Source: Vitrella brassicaformis CCMP3155 (taxonomy: Eukaryota; Protista; Chromerida). Taken from it: DNA of 64,000 nt. Each line of letters begins with the position of its first letter. Position 1 is the stretch's first letter. Below the pieces are notes generated by a model. It ran no database searches. It was not told the origin of the DNA and saw only the letters and a list, made by a program, of their open reading frames with translations. Both the position numbers and the translations under genes were made by a program. The stretch is from NCBI GenBank assembly GCA_001179505.1, contig CDMY01000446.1, positions 1-64,000 of the forward strand. Reading direction: 5' to 3'. Positions 9,026-21,868 of the stretch are shown one piece after another.

Positions 9026-11926
9026 ATGGGTCAATGTCAAACACTGTCCGGGTCAGAGTTCGGGCAGGCCGTGTCAGTTCCCTTGAGTACAAACATGCCC
9101 GGCCCGCCGAATCAGCAAAACAGCGGCGGAGGCCACTTCGTCTCACGACACTCATTGCAAAACCTCGCTCCGAGAACATTGGGGCGGACCTACCGCATCG
9201 GTAATGAGGCTCTCCTACGTATGGCGTGGCCGCATTCGTTGTGTGTGTCTGTTGTTTGCGCAGGGAGGAAGGTGGCAAGTGGGGCCTTCGGGACAGTCTA
9301 CATTGCAAGACACACAGGGCTCCATGAAAAGAGAGGTACCATCGTGTTTGTCCATGTGCTTTAGCCATATTGTACACACAGCTTGCCGTGCCGTCTTGTG
9401 TGTTTGGCGTGGCGTGCAGCATTGAAGCGAGTTTGCAAGGCCGATGTGCAGAGTGAGGCCGTCTTTCGACAGGAGGCCGCCCTCATGAACGAACTGGACC
9501 ACCCGAATATTCTGAAAGTGTATGAGCTGTTTGAGGACAAGGAGAACTTCTACTGTGTCACGGAGCTCAGCACGGGGGGAGAGGTCTTCGAAAAATTCCT
9601 CAAGCACAACTTCTCTGAACCCATGGCGGCGAGTGTGCTGCAACAGGTCGGCAGGGGTCTGTACCTTAGTCGCAGGTCAGTTTCACTTCAATCTTTTCTA
9701 TGTGTGTGTGTGAGTAGGTGTTGAGTGCGGTTGCCTATTGCCACGAGAAGCACGTCTGTCACCGAGACATGAAGCTCGAGAATGTTTTATTCGACTCCAA
9801 AGACCCAAAGGCACCAATCAAGGTGAGATTATTGACACCTGAGAGACAGACAGACAGATCTTAAAGGCACAGAGGTTTCCATCTTTGCTGCAGGTTATCG
9901 ATTTCGGTTGTGCGACTCGTTTTCGTCCCCACAGGCCGATGCGGGAAGTCGTCGGAACCACATACTATGTACGGGTACCGACTGACGTGACGCTATTTGC
10001 GGTGTGTGATTGACGGACTGTTGACGACAGATGGGTACGTGACGCGAGACGGACCATGGCGCATCGACCGAGACAAAATAACGAAAGCCGTGTCTCGCTT
10101 CGTCTCTGTCTGTCAGCTCCTGAGGTGTTCTGCGAGTCGTACAATGAGCTGGTCGACGAGTGGTCGTGTGGGGTGATGCTCTACATGATGCTGGTGAGCC
10201 CCTCCTTCTCCTCCTACTTTTGCTGTCCTTTGGGGATGTGGGGTATGCCTGTGCGTTCGTTTGCTCAGGCCGGTCACCCGCCCTACCTGGGCGAGAGTGA
10301 GGATGCCACCGAGAGGCTCATCTCTTCGGGCAAGCCGATCCGTTTCGAGCCTGCTGCACTGTGGCGGGACATCTCGCCACAGTGCAAAGACCTCATCCTC
10401 AAGGTCAGACATCATACGTGTACACACCCATCGATACGTCGCTTGTCCGCTTGCTTCCAGCTTTTGAACCGCAACCCGTCGAGGCGGCTGACTGCATTTA
10501 GGGCACTCCAGCACGAGTGGTGCGTATGACACACGCAGCGGAGGGGAAAGGGAGGCACTCTCGGTATGCTCGTCAGGTTTCGGAAGAATGTTGACCAACG
10601 TAGAGGCTCCTTTTCGAGCAGCCGTCGTGCCTCTGTGGCCATCGAAAAGATCGTCCAGAATCTGGCTGCATTCAAAGCTCCTCTGAGGCTGCAGCAGGTC
10701 AGTTAACCGCCCACTTACACATCTCATCCCCCATCCGCGGAGACAGAAGCCATGTATGATCATTGCTGTCTGCACTGCAGACCACCCTCTCCTTGGTGGT
10801 GCATCAGCTGGTCCCCAAGGCTGAGTTGCAGGAGCTTGCAGCAGCTTTTGGCGAGATGAACAAATCGGGGAATGGGGTCAGTCAGCCCACAGAAGGGCCA
10901 ACACAGACACAGCATGGGCACGTGACACCTGTTTGCTGCTGTGGCTGCGTTAGGAGATCACTTTGGCTGAGTTCCAGCAGTTTTTTGACCGTTGGCACCG
11001 CTCTGACAGCGGTCCTCTCCTCAGCAGCCAGGAGGTCGCGGCCATTTTCGCCAACGTCGATGTGAATGGGAATGGGTTCGTTAGCTACAGCGAGTTCCTG
11101 CAGGCCGCATTTGAACCTCACAAGCTGCTCAGCAAAGACAGGATCAAAGTAGGTCAGACAAGCTTCTTTGTTCACCCGCAGCTTGCCTGCACCCTGCCTG
11201 CGGTCTGCATATAGCGTTCTTTCGACATGCTTGACGTCGATGGGGACGGCTACCTCTCGCTGGCAGACCTGGAGGATGTCATGGCGCCAGGCAGGTGGGC
11301 AGATCAGAGGGCATGGTGGCAACGGATGAGTACAGGAATGGGCCACTGTGTCTCCTTAGGGTTGCGCTGCCTCAGCTGGTCTTCAGCGAGATTGGCAAGT
11401 CGGGGGAGGGAGATGGGCGCATCGGTCAGACAACCGAAAAGCCAAACCGAAACGCAAAAAACTGCGTCCATCAATGTCTCTCTGGTCCGCTTGTCGTTAT
11501 TCAGACCTGACAGAGTATGAGACGGTCATCCGTGCCCTCATCCCGGCCACACTCACTCCGCGCAGGTCGGGCAGCCTTGCATCCTTCATTCGCGGCGCCT
11601 CCATGCTCTCATTGCTCTCGGGCCCGTCGAACAAAGACTCAAGAAGCGGATCGACAGAGGACGTGTCTCAGGGCACACCCCACAAGAGACGCAGGCGGCC
11701 GAGCGGCAGCAATGCGAGTGTGGGCGATAGCAGCTCCACACAGTCGCCAAAGTCGCCCGTCAGGAAGGGCGAGTGGACGCCCTCGACCGAGAGGAGGGAA
11801 TCGGGGGGCTGTGGGGGGGAAGAAAAGACAAAGGAGGCGCAGTTGCAGGCGCCTCCTCCGTTGTTTCAGGAAGACATGGTTCGCTTTACGAGTGGGGGAG
11901 GCATAAGCGGGGGTGAATCGAATTGA
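9026..11926 (+). CDS. Calcium-dependent protein kinase with N-terminal MGxC acylation motif and Ser-rich C-terminal tail
   Basis: MGQCQT start; SGAFG loop, [35 protein letters not shown]; EF-hands [39 protein letters not shown], plus a degenerate fourth. Confidence 0.92.
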
Positions 11927-13011
11927 CTTGATTTGGGGAACGTTGCACGCTTACGTCTGTGTGTGCATTTGTCATTTATTGGGAGTTCCCTCTGGCGGGC
12001 TTTTGTATGAGATAGCTAGCTTGTAATAGCTAGGGGACAAAAAGTGAGAGTACTTGGCTATTTTGGTGTCCATGCATGCTCTGTTCTTCCTCCACAGGGG
12101 CATCACATCAAGAACGGTAGCCACCACACATTCATACGTACATGTATCGATGGCCTGTGCTTACCTTTTCTCGTGTGTTTCAAACGAATGCGACTAGCCC
12201 CACGGTACTCACCGACACCAGTAAGATGGTGTTGATGTGGAAAACACTTAGTGTGCCCGCTTGTCTTCCTCGTTCCAGTGCCTTTTTCCCATGCTTACAC
12301 CCCCATGTCTTACAGAAAATGGCATCCCTCACCCTCCCCCCAGTAGACATGCAATCCCCCTTCCCCTGGTGTGTCAGACGCCCTGTCTCACAGTGCTTTA
12401 CATGTGCAATCCTCAAGCAAACAGTGGTGCGGTTCCATTGGGGGGCCCCTCAGGGTCCTCACGTCCTCCGTCAGCAGCAGCGTGAGCGGGCTGCGGCTGA
12501 TCCTGCAGCCAGCGGCCATAGCCGTAGCCGTACTTGCTGCGGTACCTGCACAGTCACCCGCGGGCATAATCACGCATGCATATTGTATTCAGCCATGCCC
12601 CTCTCGGACTATCATCTCTCTTCCCACCGGTTGTATCTTCTGTACGCTTTTCTGTATCTCTTGTAGCGCCTCCATCTGTACTTCCAGCCAGACAAAGTGA
12701 CCAGGGGGAACGACACCAGCAGTAGCAGCAGCACAAACACACGCATGGCGGCTGGGGAAAAAAGGGGAAGGGGAAAGTCGAGATCCTGTGAAACGGATGA
12801 TGGCCAAGGCTTGGGTTCACATTTTCCGGCTTCGCAATGTGTCGGGCGCTGAGCGGCGGGCGCATCTGAGCAGCACGGGAATGCGGAGAAATCGATGAAA
12901 TTTCTTCCTGACGATGGTTTCCTGATTCGCAGCGGTGCCTTCTGGTTGGTGGGATAGGTGGGACTGCCCGGCCTCAGCGAAGGAGAATAAGAGACCCCGC
13001 CGGCCGCCCTC

Positions 13012-14739
13012 ATGGCAGAAGGTGCAACCAAGCACAAACACACCTTCCACAGCCGATGGGATCTGCGGGGGTGTGTGCAGGTGGCGGCTGTGGTGGTGGT
13101 GGGTCTGCCTTATCTTGCAGCGGCACCAATGTGGCGCGCCAGCAGGTCAGCCGTCGGTCGTGTCCCCTGAAATCCACCGATAACACCGAAGATCTCTTCC
13201 CTCTTTCTTGGTTGGCTTGTTTGCTCATGCAGTTGTCGGCTGATGTGTCGGGGGCTCGTGCTCGTGCGCTGCTGCACAGCCAAGGGGATGTACAGGTACG
13301 CGCCTGGGTGGGTGGTGGATGCACGACGTGACGCACCAGACACCCGATCGGCGCAACACCTCACCTGCCGTGCTGTATCTGCGTGTGGCCCCGGAGTGAA
13401 GTGTCGGCCATGACGGGCAGATCGACGCTCATCAACGACCTCTTAGACAACCCACACACACAGGTGGGTACACACAGATACCACAGGCGCATCGATACGA
13501 GCCAGGGGACCCGACAGAGTGTGGTGTGGTGTGGTGGGATGTCGTCAGGTGGGCGTTAGCGGATCGGTGGACGTAGAGCATCATGCCGATGGCGGACCTG
13601 ACGCATCGAATTCGGTGCGCCACGGGCAGCCATGTGGTTCCTCTCTGCTGCTGTGTGTGCATGTGTGAATGCGTATCTCTGTATTGTCGCGGCAGGGTGG
13701 CGATGGTAGCAGTTGTGGTACAGTGGCGGAGACGAACCAGAGGGCATCTCGTCCATCCAATGAGGTGCGCAGGACCACAGACATAAGGGCCATCGGTGTC
13801 AGCTATCTGGTACTCACTGCGCCCGTGTGTGTGTGTGTGCAGGTAGCTCTTACCGGCGTGGCGGGCGGTATGGCGCTGTCAGACAATGACGCACTCACGG
13901 TAGGCAAACAAACGACACACACAGAGGCAGACGGGATGGTGGGCAGGCACGCCGTCCGCATGTGTGTGTCTGCTGTGTCAATTCGTGTAGGTGTCCGCGA
14001 GTGCGTCGTCGTGCCGTCCGTTCGCCAATGGCAGCGCAGTGCCGGCGGGTCGAGTGTGGATGTTGTCGGAGCAGAAGGACAAGGCTCTGGTGCTGGCGGA
14101 CGTGTACCGCACGGAGCCGGAGCCGACGTACACGGAGGGAGGAGACTCTGCATGAAGGAGGTCGATGGGACGGAGATTTTCGAGATAGTGGTGCCCAGCA
14201 CAACACCGCACTTCAAACAGCTTGACAATCGTGCAGTAAGCAAACAGACACACACAGAGGGAGCGGGCTGTGTTTGATGCCGGGCTGCGACCACCTCTCT
14301 CTCTGCGTGTGGTTGCTTGTTGGAATCAGGTGTGTGGCGGCTTCCGTTACTACGACAAAGGAGATCCCCTGGAGCCGCACCACCGACTTGCGGGCACGGT
14401 CGAGCAAACCACAGATGGGGTAAGCGAATAATTAATACAAGCGGGCATGGCACAAACACGCGCATGTGTGTGTGTATGTATGCTGATGTCGTCACTGCTG
14501 TGATCAGAATGGACCTCGTGCATCCAATTCGGTACACCGAGAGACACGCAGAGACATACGCCATGTGAGTATATTCCGTCCATCTCATGGTCCCTTTGTG
14601 TGTGTGCAGGTAGCCGTGTCGGGCAGCAAGCGGGCTCGCGTGGAGCATTCCCCAAGCCGTGCCGCTGCCAGTGGTGGGGCGCGACACACTTACGCAGAGC
14701 ATGGATGACCCACCACACCAATCAGATACGCTCATTCCC

Positions 14740-14776
<37 letters not shown>

Positions 14777-16518
14777 TGTGTTCGTGCAGGTAGCTTGTCG
14801 GGCGGACCTCAGCAAGCGGCGCAGGGCCATGACCAACAGCACCAACAGCAGCAGCAGGTCAGTGAGCCGACACGTGGCCAAGACAATCACACATCCACAC
14901 ACCCGCAGCGGACCCATACCTTTTTGTCCGTGTGTGTGTCAGGTTGTCCATCGGCCGTGTCTGTGTGGCCTGCCGGGCCACCTGTTGTGTGAGATGGCGT
15001 CGCATCTGACCACCATCGAGGCCACCGCCCTCCTCTGCCTCAACAGCGACATCAGGAGCAAGGCCAACTACGACCCAGACAACACACCCACCACCCAGGA
15101 CAACACGGACGGCACGTCAGTCGGCATCTTCCGACACCTCACCATCGCACCTCACGAAACCGACACGTGGAAGAGGCTCAAGAAGGCCACGCGCACCCGG
15201 CTGTTGGGCAAGCTGGTGAGGGATCCTTCGTTGACCGAGACAGAAACACCACCAGACTTGTCATATGTGGGCGGCCTCTCTGTTTGTCCTTTCCATCAGG
15301 GTCATGTCACGGAGGCCCGCATCGCGGCCGCCGGACCGTACCCCCTGCCCTTCGTGTCGACATCCCTCGAGGCCTCAAAGGCGACCCTCACACAGGTGTA
15401 CATCACGGTTGCTGACGAACGGCGTCGATACAAGCCGAGGCCCAGGAATCGGCCCCCACCCCCTGTGGCCTTCGACAATGTCACCACGCTGCACGTGACG
15501 TCCGGCGTGTGGATCCAACACTTCAGGTGAATGAAGCCAATGTGACATGCCTGCCTGCGGATCTGTCTGCTTGAATCTGCCCGTGTCCTTTTGTGCTGTT
15601 TGTGTCAGTGACTGTAACTGGAGGTTCCAGAGCCTTGTCAACTTGCGAGTCGGTCACCTCACCAGTTGCAGATACGGTGACCTCCCTCACCTCCCTCACC
15701 TCACTCGCATCGTGCAGACATCTCCCAAGCTCAAGACACTGACAACCGAGCGCATCAAGGGACACGGCGTGGGCGACGGGTGGCGTGCCTTCACGGATGC
15801 CCTCCGCGAGTGCAGACACCTCACCACCATCCGTGGGGTGGAGGTCTACGACTCGGCTGACCTGCAGCAGGCCCTCGAGACCATCTGGGGCCGAGAGGAC
15901 ATGCAGGGTGAGATGGACAGACACACACCCACACATCCATCCATCCATCAGCCACCTCTGTCTCATATGGCTGTATTCGATGCGTGTTGTCTTGCTGCCT
16001 TTCGCCAGGCGTCCAGAAGACCATCCAGCTGCTGTTCACCAGCCCCACCATCAGCCACACCTTCGACGATCACACCCGCCCCCTGCACAAGTTCCTCACC
16101 TGGGCACGGAAGCTGGGCGTGTCCGTCGAGTGGCGACCCCTGGCCGAGCTGCCCCTGGTCGAGGATGACGATGACGAGCCCTCCATGAGAGTGGACTGCA
16201 GGGAGGAGGTGTCGAGCGCTTCCCCTGCTGTGGTCCAGCAGCTGGCGCAACAGGCAACAAAGGTGAGAAGACAGCGACATACACGGACTGATCCAAAGGC
16301 TCACTTGTGATGGTGTGTATGTATCCTATTCCCTTTTTCAGGTGGATCTCTACTGCGGTGGCACGCCTCTCCATGAGTCGCGGAAGTCGCTCCTGACCTT
16401 CCCCAACGCCAAGACGCTGTACATCGATGCCCCTGACGACACGCCGGTGCAGAAGGGGCTGGACGGCATCCCCCCATTCGTGCTCGAGACCGACAAGGAG
16501 GACGGCAACAACAAATGA
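13012..16518 (+). CDS. Lineage-specific multi-exon protein with F-box-like motif and LRR-like region; ends at a TGA that is CGA in the duplicate copy
   Basis: Exon chain from MAEG (13012) to CLCGLPGHLLCEMASHL (F-box-like) and FQSLVNLRVGHL..LPHLTRIVQTSPKLKTL (LRR-like). The 5' exons are uncertain. Confidence 0.45.
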
Positions 16519-17951
16519 TTCCCAGCCATCGAGCACCTCGACATCGGATTGAGGCGTTTGTCTCTCGGCCCCAACACAGACACACTCCTAGCCAGCCTGG
16601 GCGACCCCACCAGCCCACTCACTACACTGCTAGGCAGCCTGCGTCGTGTCAGATCAGTCACATTCCGGTCGTCCTTTAGCCTGGCTGCCGTGGCTCAGTG
16701 TGTGGCGTGCCTGCGTGTCGATGAGCTAGATGAGGTACGTGTGTGTGATCCTCGGGGTACACTGCCTGACGAGCACCACCACCACACTCACACTCCTCCA
16801 CACGTACACCGCCTCTCGGTGGAACAATCTGATGAGTGGAACAATCTGACGAAGGCAGGGGCCTTGTCGTGTATGCGCCTTGCAGAGAGGTTGAGGGCAA
16901 GGGAGGCACAGTTCGTTTTGGGGGGAAGGGAGGTAAAGTACTTACCCGACTTTGGGGCGGAGTACCTGCGCTGTCACGGCTACGGCCACCTGGCTGACCT
17001 GCAGCAGGCCCTGGATACCATCTGGGGCCGAGAGGACATGCAGGGTGAGGCGGACAGCCGCACAGCCACACATCCATCCATCCATCAGCTCCCTCTGTCT
17101 CATATGGCTGTATTCGATGCGTGTTGTCTTCTGCCTTTCGTCAGGCGTCCAGAAGACCATCCAGCTGCTGTTCTACTACCCCACCATCAGCCACACCGTC
17201 GGCGACCACACCCGCCCCCTGCACACCTTGCTCGCCTGGGCACGGAAGCTGGGCGTGTCCGTCGAGTGCCGGCTCAAGCGCCATCCCCTGCACAAGGATG
17301 ACGAGCCCTCCATGAGAGTGGACTGCAGCGAGGAGGTGTCGAGCGCTTCCCCTGCTGTGGCTGACCTTGTGGCTGACGTGGTCCAGCAGCTGGCGCCACA
17401 GGCAACAAAGGTGAGAAGACAGCGACATACACGGACTGATCCAAAGGCTCACTTGTGATGGTGTGTATGTATCCTATTCCCTTTTTCAGGTGGATCTCCG
17501 CTGCGGTGGCACGCCTCTCCATGAGTCGTGGAAGTCGCTCCCGACCTTCCCCAACGCCAAGACGCTGTACATCGATGCCCCTCAGAAGCTGCTGGCCAAC
17601 AGCATCTCCCCATTCGTGCTCGAGATCGACCAGAAGGACGGCAACGACAAACGATTCCCAGCCGTCGAGCACCTCGACATCGGATTGAGGCGTTTGTCTC
17701 TCGGCCCCAACACAGACACACTCCTAGCCAGCCTGGGCGACCCCACCAGCCCACTCACTACACTGCTAGGCAGCCTGCGTCGTGTCAGATCAGTCACATT
17801 CCGGTCGTCCTTTAGCCTGGCTGCCGTGGCTCAGTGTGTGGCGTGCCTGCGTGTCGATAAGCTAGATGAGGTATGTGTGTGTGATCCTCGGGGTACACTG
17901 CCTGACGAGCCCCACCACCACACTCACACTCCTCCACACGTACACCGCCTC
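15855..17951 (+). repeat. Tandem segmental duplication, ~960 bp x2 (15855-16815 and 16992-17951), introns included
   Basis: ggctgacctgcagcaggccct..cacgtacaccgcctc recurs at offset ~1136-1137, with shared intron text. Confidence 0.92.
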
Positions 17952-18008
17952 ACTCTGAAGGGCTGGCCGGTGCCGCCCTCCTCACTATGGGGAGCTAGAG
18001 GGGGATAA
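16992..18008 (+). pseudogene. Duplicated 3' fragment of the F-box/LRR-like gene, cut off at 17951
   Basis: Same exons as 15855-16815. Homology stops at 17951 and the frame runs into unrelated sequence (LTLKGWPVPPSSLWGARGG*). Confidence 0.55.
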
Positions 18009-18659
18009 TCTAGAGGAGGTCCTCTCTAGAAAGCTTGCGCCCGGCACCATGGGCTGCAGGCGCTCGGTGTCGAGTGCTTCAGACAGGTGTAGGGCTCATA
18101 TGACTGCCTCACTTAGATAGACACAGAGTGTGAGGTGGATTGTGACGAAGACAGGACTTACTTTAGCTCACTGCAAGTCAGGCTCAGTCTGCAGGCCATG
18201 ACGCCAGGTGGGGTGGACAAGGAAGTGACTGACTGACTGAGTGAGTGTTGGGGTGGCTGTTGGGTCGAGAAAGAGCCGCCCGATGCAGGCAGGCAGAGTG
18301 TTGATACGCGCTTACATGCAATGCCTTCACTTCATCGCCGGTGGGTCGGTGGGCCATGCCGTGTTTTTCAAGCGGATGCATGTGCTGTGTTGTGTTGTGT
18401 GTGATCGATCAACACAGCGCAGCACACCACTCGTGCGCACGTGTCATGCATGCCCAAGTCCCCTCCCTACTTGCTTGGTCAGACAGACAGACAGACACAC
18501 ATCTCTCCTGCCAGGGCTGCCTGGCTGGCTGCCTCCGTGACCTGGCCCACTTTGTCGACCGATTGCACGGTGCATTCATTGGATGGCTGGCGACTTACTA
18601 TGCACACATACACACATAAATGGGTTGGCCGTCACCATTTTATGCATTCGTCAGACCTG

Positions 18660-20439
18660 CCTGCCTTGCCTGCCTGGATTTTTGCCTCCTCCATGTTCCG
18701 TCGGACGGATGGCGACTTACTTGCGGGCTGTTCACACACACCATATACATACATCAATGTGTTGTCTGTCTCCGTGGGTGCTGGTGCCATGCATTGCTGT
18801 GGATGCCACGCTTGTGCCGTGCCTGCCTTTCTGCGTGCATACATATGCACTCTGCTGATGAATTCGATGGACATGGCGGGCGGCCCCACGGCTGTCTGGG
18901 GAGGGAACAAGGGCGAAGGGAGAGGTGGGTCGGGGGATGTGTGTGAATGATAGCCACGCTCTCTCCTCTCTCCTCTCTCCTGTTGCTGATGCGTAGCCAT
19001 GCAAACGGGCGGGCCATGCAGATGAGAGATGGATGGCGGGAAGGACTAGGCGGCCAGGCGCCAGGTGGGCAAGGCAAGGAGGGCAGGCAGGTTTTGATCA
19101 ACGAAAGTACCGGTGCGCAAGCATCGCTGTCGCTGCCCCTCTCTGCCAACCTTCCTGCCTTTCTGCCTGCCTACTTGCCTCACCTTGTGGACACATTACA
19201 CGGTGAATGCATTAGATTAGATGCATGTCGACTTGCTTGTGGACTCTCTACGTGTGTCAGTCATGGGTGTCAATGATGTGCTCGTGCTATGCTGGGCATC
19301 TGAGTGCCACCCCCACCAAATCACTACCATTCATCTCAACAGTCAACGAGTCAATACCTACAACAAAGACATGCCCATGCACGCCACAAGCTGCAGAACG
19401 AATGGCGCTCCGGGAACATCGTCCGTCGTACAGGTGGTCAAAAAGAGACACCGCATCACATCAAAGAGCTCACACGTGAGGAACAAGCAAGGCAGAACTA
19501 CTGCAATGCGAACGTCAGACAGACAGACAGACAGACACCCTCCCTGCATGCCTGCCGGCCAGCCTGCCTGCCTGTCTGCCTGCCTGGTTTTTTGCCTAAT
19601 GCTCCGTCGGACGGATGGCGACTTGCTTGCGGGCTGTTCACACACACACCATATACATACATCAATGTGTTGTCTCCGTGGGTGCTGGTGCCATGCATTC
19701 CTGTGGATGCCACGCTTGTGCCGTGCCGTGCCTGCCTTTCTGCGTGCGTACATATGCACTCTGCTGATATATGAATTCGATGGCCATCTATCTATCTGTG
19801 TGGGCCATGGCGGGCGGCCCCACGGCTGTCTGGGAAGGGGACAAGGGAGAGCTTACCGGGTCTGGGGATTTGTGAATGATAGCCTCGCTCTCTCCTGTCT
19901 CCTGTTGCGATGGGTAGCCATGCAAACGGGCGGGCCATGCAGATGGGAGATGGATGGCGGGAAAGACTAGGCGGCCAGGCGCCAGGTGGGCAAGGCAAGG
20001 AGGGCAGGCAGGTTTTGATCAACGAACGTATCGGTGCGCAAGCATCGCTGTCGCTGCCCCTCTCTCTGCCAACCTTCCTGTCTTTCTGCCTGCCTGCCTG
20101 CTTGGCTCACCTTGTCGACACATTACACGGTGAATGCATTAATTAGATGCATGTCGACTTGCTTGTGGACTCTCTACGTGTGTCAGTCATGGGTGTCAAT
20201 GATGTGCCCGTGCTTTGCTGGGCATCTGGTGCACCACCCCCACCAGATCACTATCATTCATCTCAACGGTCAACGAGTCATACATACCACAAAGACATGC
20301 CATGCACACCACAAGCTGCAGAACGAATGGCGCTCCGGGAACATCGTCCGTCGTACACGTGGTCAAGAAGAGACACCGCATCACATCAAAGAGCTCACAC
20401 GTGAGGAACAAGCAAGGCAGAACTACTGCGATGCGAACG
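18660..20439. repeat. Non-coding tandem duplication, ~860 bp x2 (about 18660-19514 and 19575-20439)
   Basis: Shared anchors ccgtcggacggatggcgact (18698/19604) and gcaaggcagaactactgc..gcgaacg (ends 19514/20439). Confidence 0.9.
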
Positions 20440-20463
20440 AACCGAGACCCCTCTCTGTCTGTC

Positions 20464-21838
20464 TCACTCGTGCTTGCCCCCGCCCTTATAGAGGCCTGCA
20501 TTCTCCTGTACCCATTGCCTGAAGGTGCGGTGCGGCTGGAGGACTTTGAGCAGCCCCTCATCCGTCGTCATGGTCGCAAAGTGGCCGTCCCGCCATATCT
20601 GCATCATGTCAGCAACGGCAGCATCGGGGTTGCCGAAATGCGCATGCGCCCATTCACGGGGGGTCATATCGCGAACAGAGATCGGAGTGTCCAGCACCTC
20701 AGAATAGACCTGTGTGCACCCACACACCACACAATCAATGCTCACGTACGTGTACAGGTCTGTCGTGTGTGTGTGTGGATGAAGTGATTGATGTGTGCGC
20801 AGCGGACCGACCTTTGCAATCAGCTGAAAGTCCAGCAGTTCGGGCCCGGTGATCTCATATGTCGCGCCCACATGCTGCTGCCTCTCCTCTTCAGGCATGA
20901 TCAGCAGCCTCACGGCACACTCAGCGACGTCCCGAATATCGATCCAGCCCGCCTTGCTAGCCCGTGTGCAGTCGTAGATGCAGCGCTCCTTGGTGATGGT
21001 GGAGATGTCTATCAGGTGGTTCTGCATGTAGAAGCACGGGTGCAGGACGGTGAAGGGCACACCACTGGACCGAAGGAAGCCCTCGATGTGCGTGTGCTCC
21101 CGGCCATAAGCAACGGGTGCGTCGGTGCCGTAGATGGGATCTGCCGTGCCGGCCTTGACCTGATCCATCGACACAGACAGACAGACGAACGACAAATGGC
21201 ATTCATTGTCCAAATCATACATAGCTCTTGTCTGTCTGCTGGTTGTACCAGGTACTTGACGCCCTCCTCTTTGGCACACTCGATGAAGTTCTCCTCGTTG
21301 GCCGTCTGCTCCCCCTCCTTAGCCGTGTTGCCGCACACCAGAAAGGCCTCCGTGCAGCCCCGCAACGCATCCCTCAGGGCCTTCCTGTCCTGCACACACG
21401 GATGAACAGACAGGCCACCAGACAGTCAGTCATCGGTTTTGTGCCTGCCTCCCAGTCAGTAAGGTGCACGAGCTGCATCTCACTCACTCACCTTCATGTC
21501 GGCCAGCACCACCTTGACTCCCGGTAGTTGATCCATCCAGTCGGCACGGTGGCCACGTCTGTTCCGCACCAATGCCCTGAATGAATGAATGAATGCATTC
21601 TTGGATTGAGTTTCAGCCATCTCCTTCGTCTGTGCTGTGTGAGCCCCAAACGTACTTACCGAATCTCCCAGTCGGCATTGGCGAGTTGTCGTTGTTTCAC
21701 CAGCTCCTTGAGTACCTCGCCGCCTGTGCGGCCAGTGCAGCCTGTGATAGCGAAGATCCGCTTGGACGGTGTGAATGACATGGCGAGAGGCAACAGGGAC
21801 AGAAGGATTGGAAATGAAGAGCCACGCTTGAGGAACAT
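20464..21838 (-). CDS. NmrA-like atypical SDR / NAD(P)-binding protein, 5 exons, hydrophobic N-terminal leader
   Basis: AITGCTGRTGGEV (GxxGxxG), ALVRN, VVLADM, ALRGCTEAFLV, HxxIExxLRSSGVPFTVLHPCFYMQN, WIDIRDVAECA, TYEITGPELL. Confidence 0.88.
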
Positions 21839-21851
21839 CTGCTTGAGGGAG

Positions 21852-21868
21852 CAGGGTTTGAAACCCTG
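21852..21868. other. Terminal hairpin CAGGGTTT-G-AAACCCTG (inverted TTTAGGG-type unit)
   Basis: Perfect 8-bp inverted repeat at the left end of repeat copy 1. Confidence 0.75.

Noticed and set aside
16516-16518. In-frame TGA as selenocysteine or a reassigned codon
   Set aside because: The paralogous copy has CGA (Arg), and other genes here end in TGA, so a nonsense mutation is simpler.
18009-18060. XbaI-XbaI-HindIII-NcoI-PstI cluster looks like a cloning polylinker
   Set aside because: Order and spacing do not match the pUC/pBluescript polylinkers I recall, and no vector backbone flanks it. A UniVec screen would settle it.
18850-18930. CTGATGA in the tandem repeat as a hammerhead ribozyme (retrozyme) core
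   Set aside because: No following stem-GAAA, and the second unit does not keep CTGATGA.
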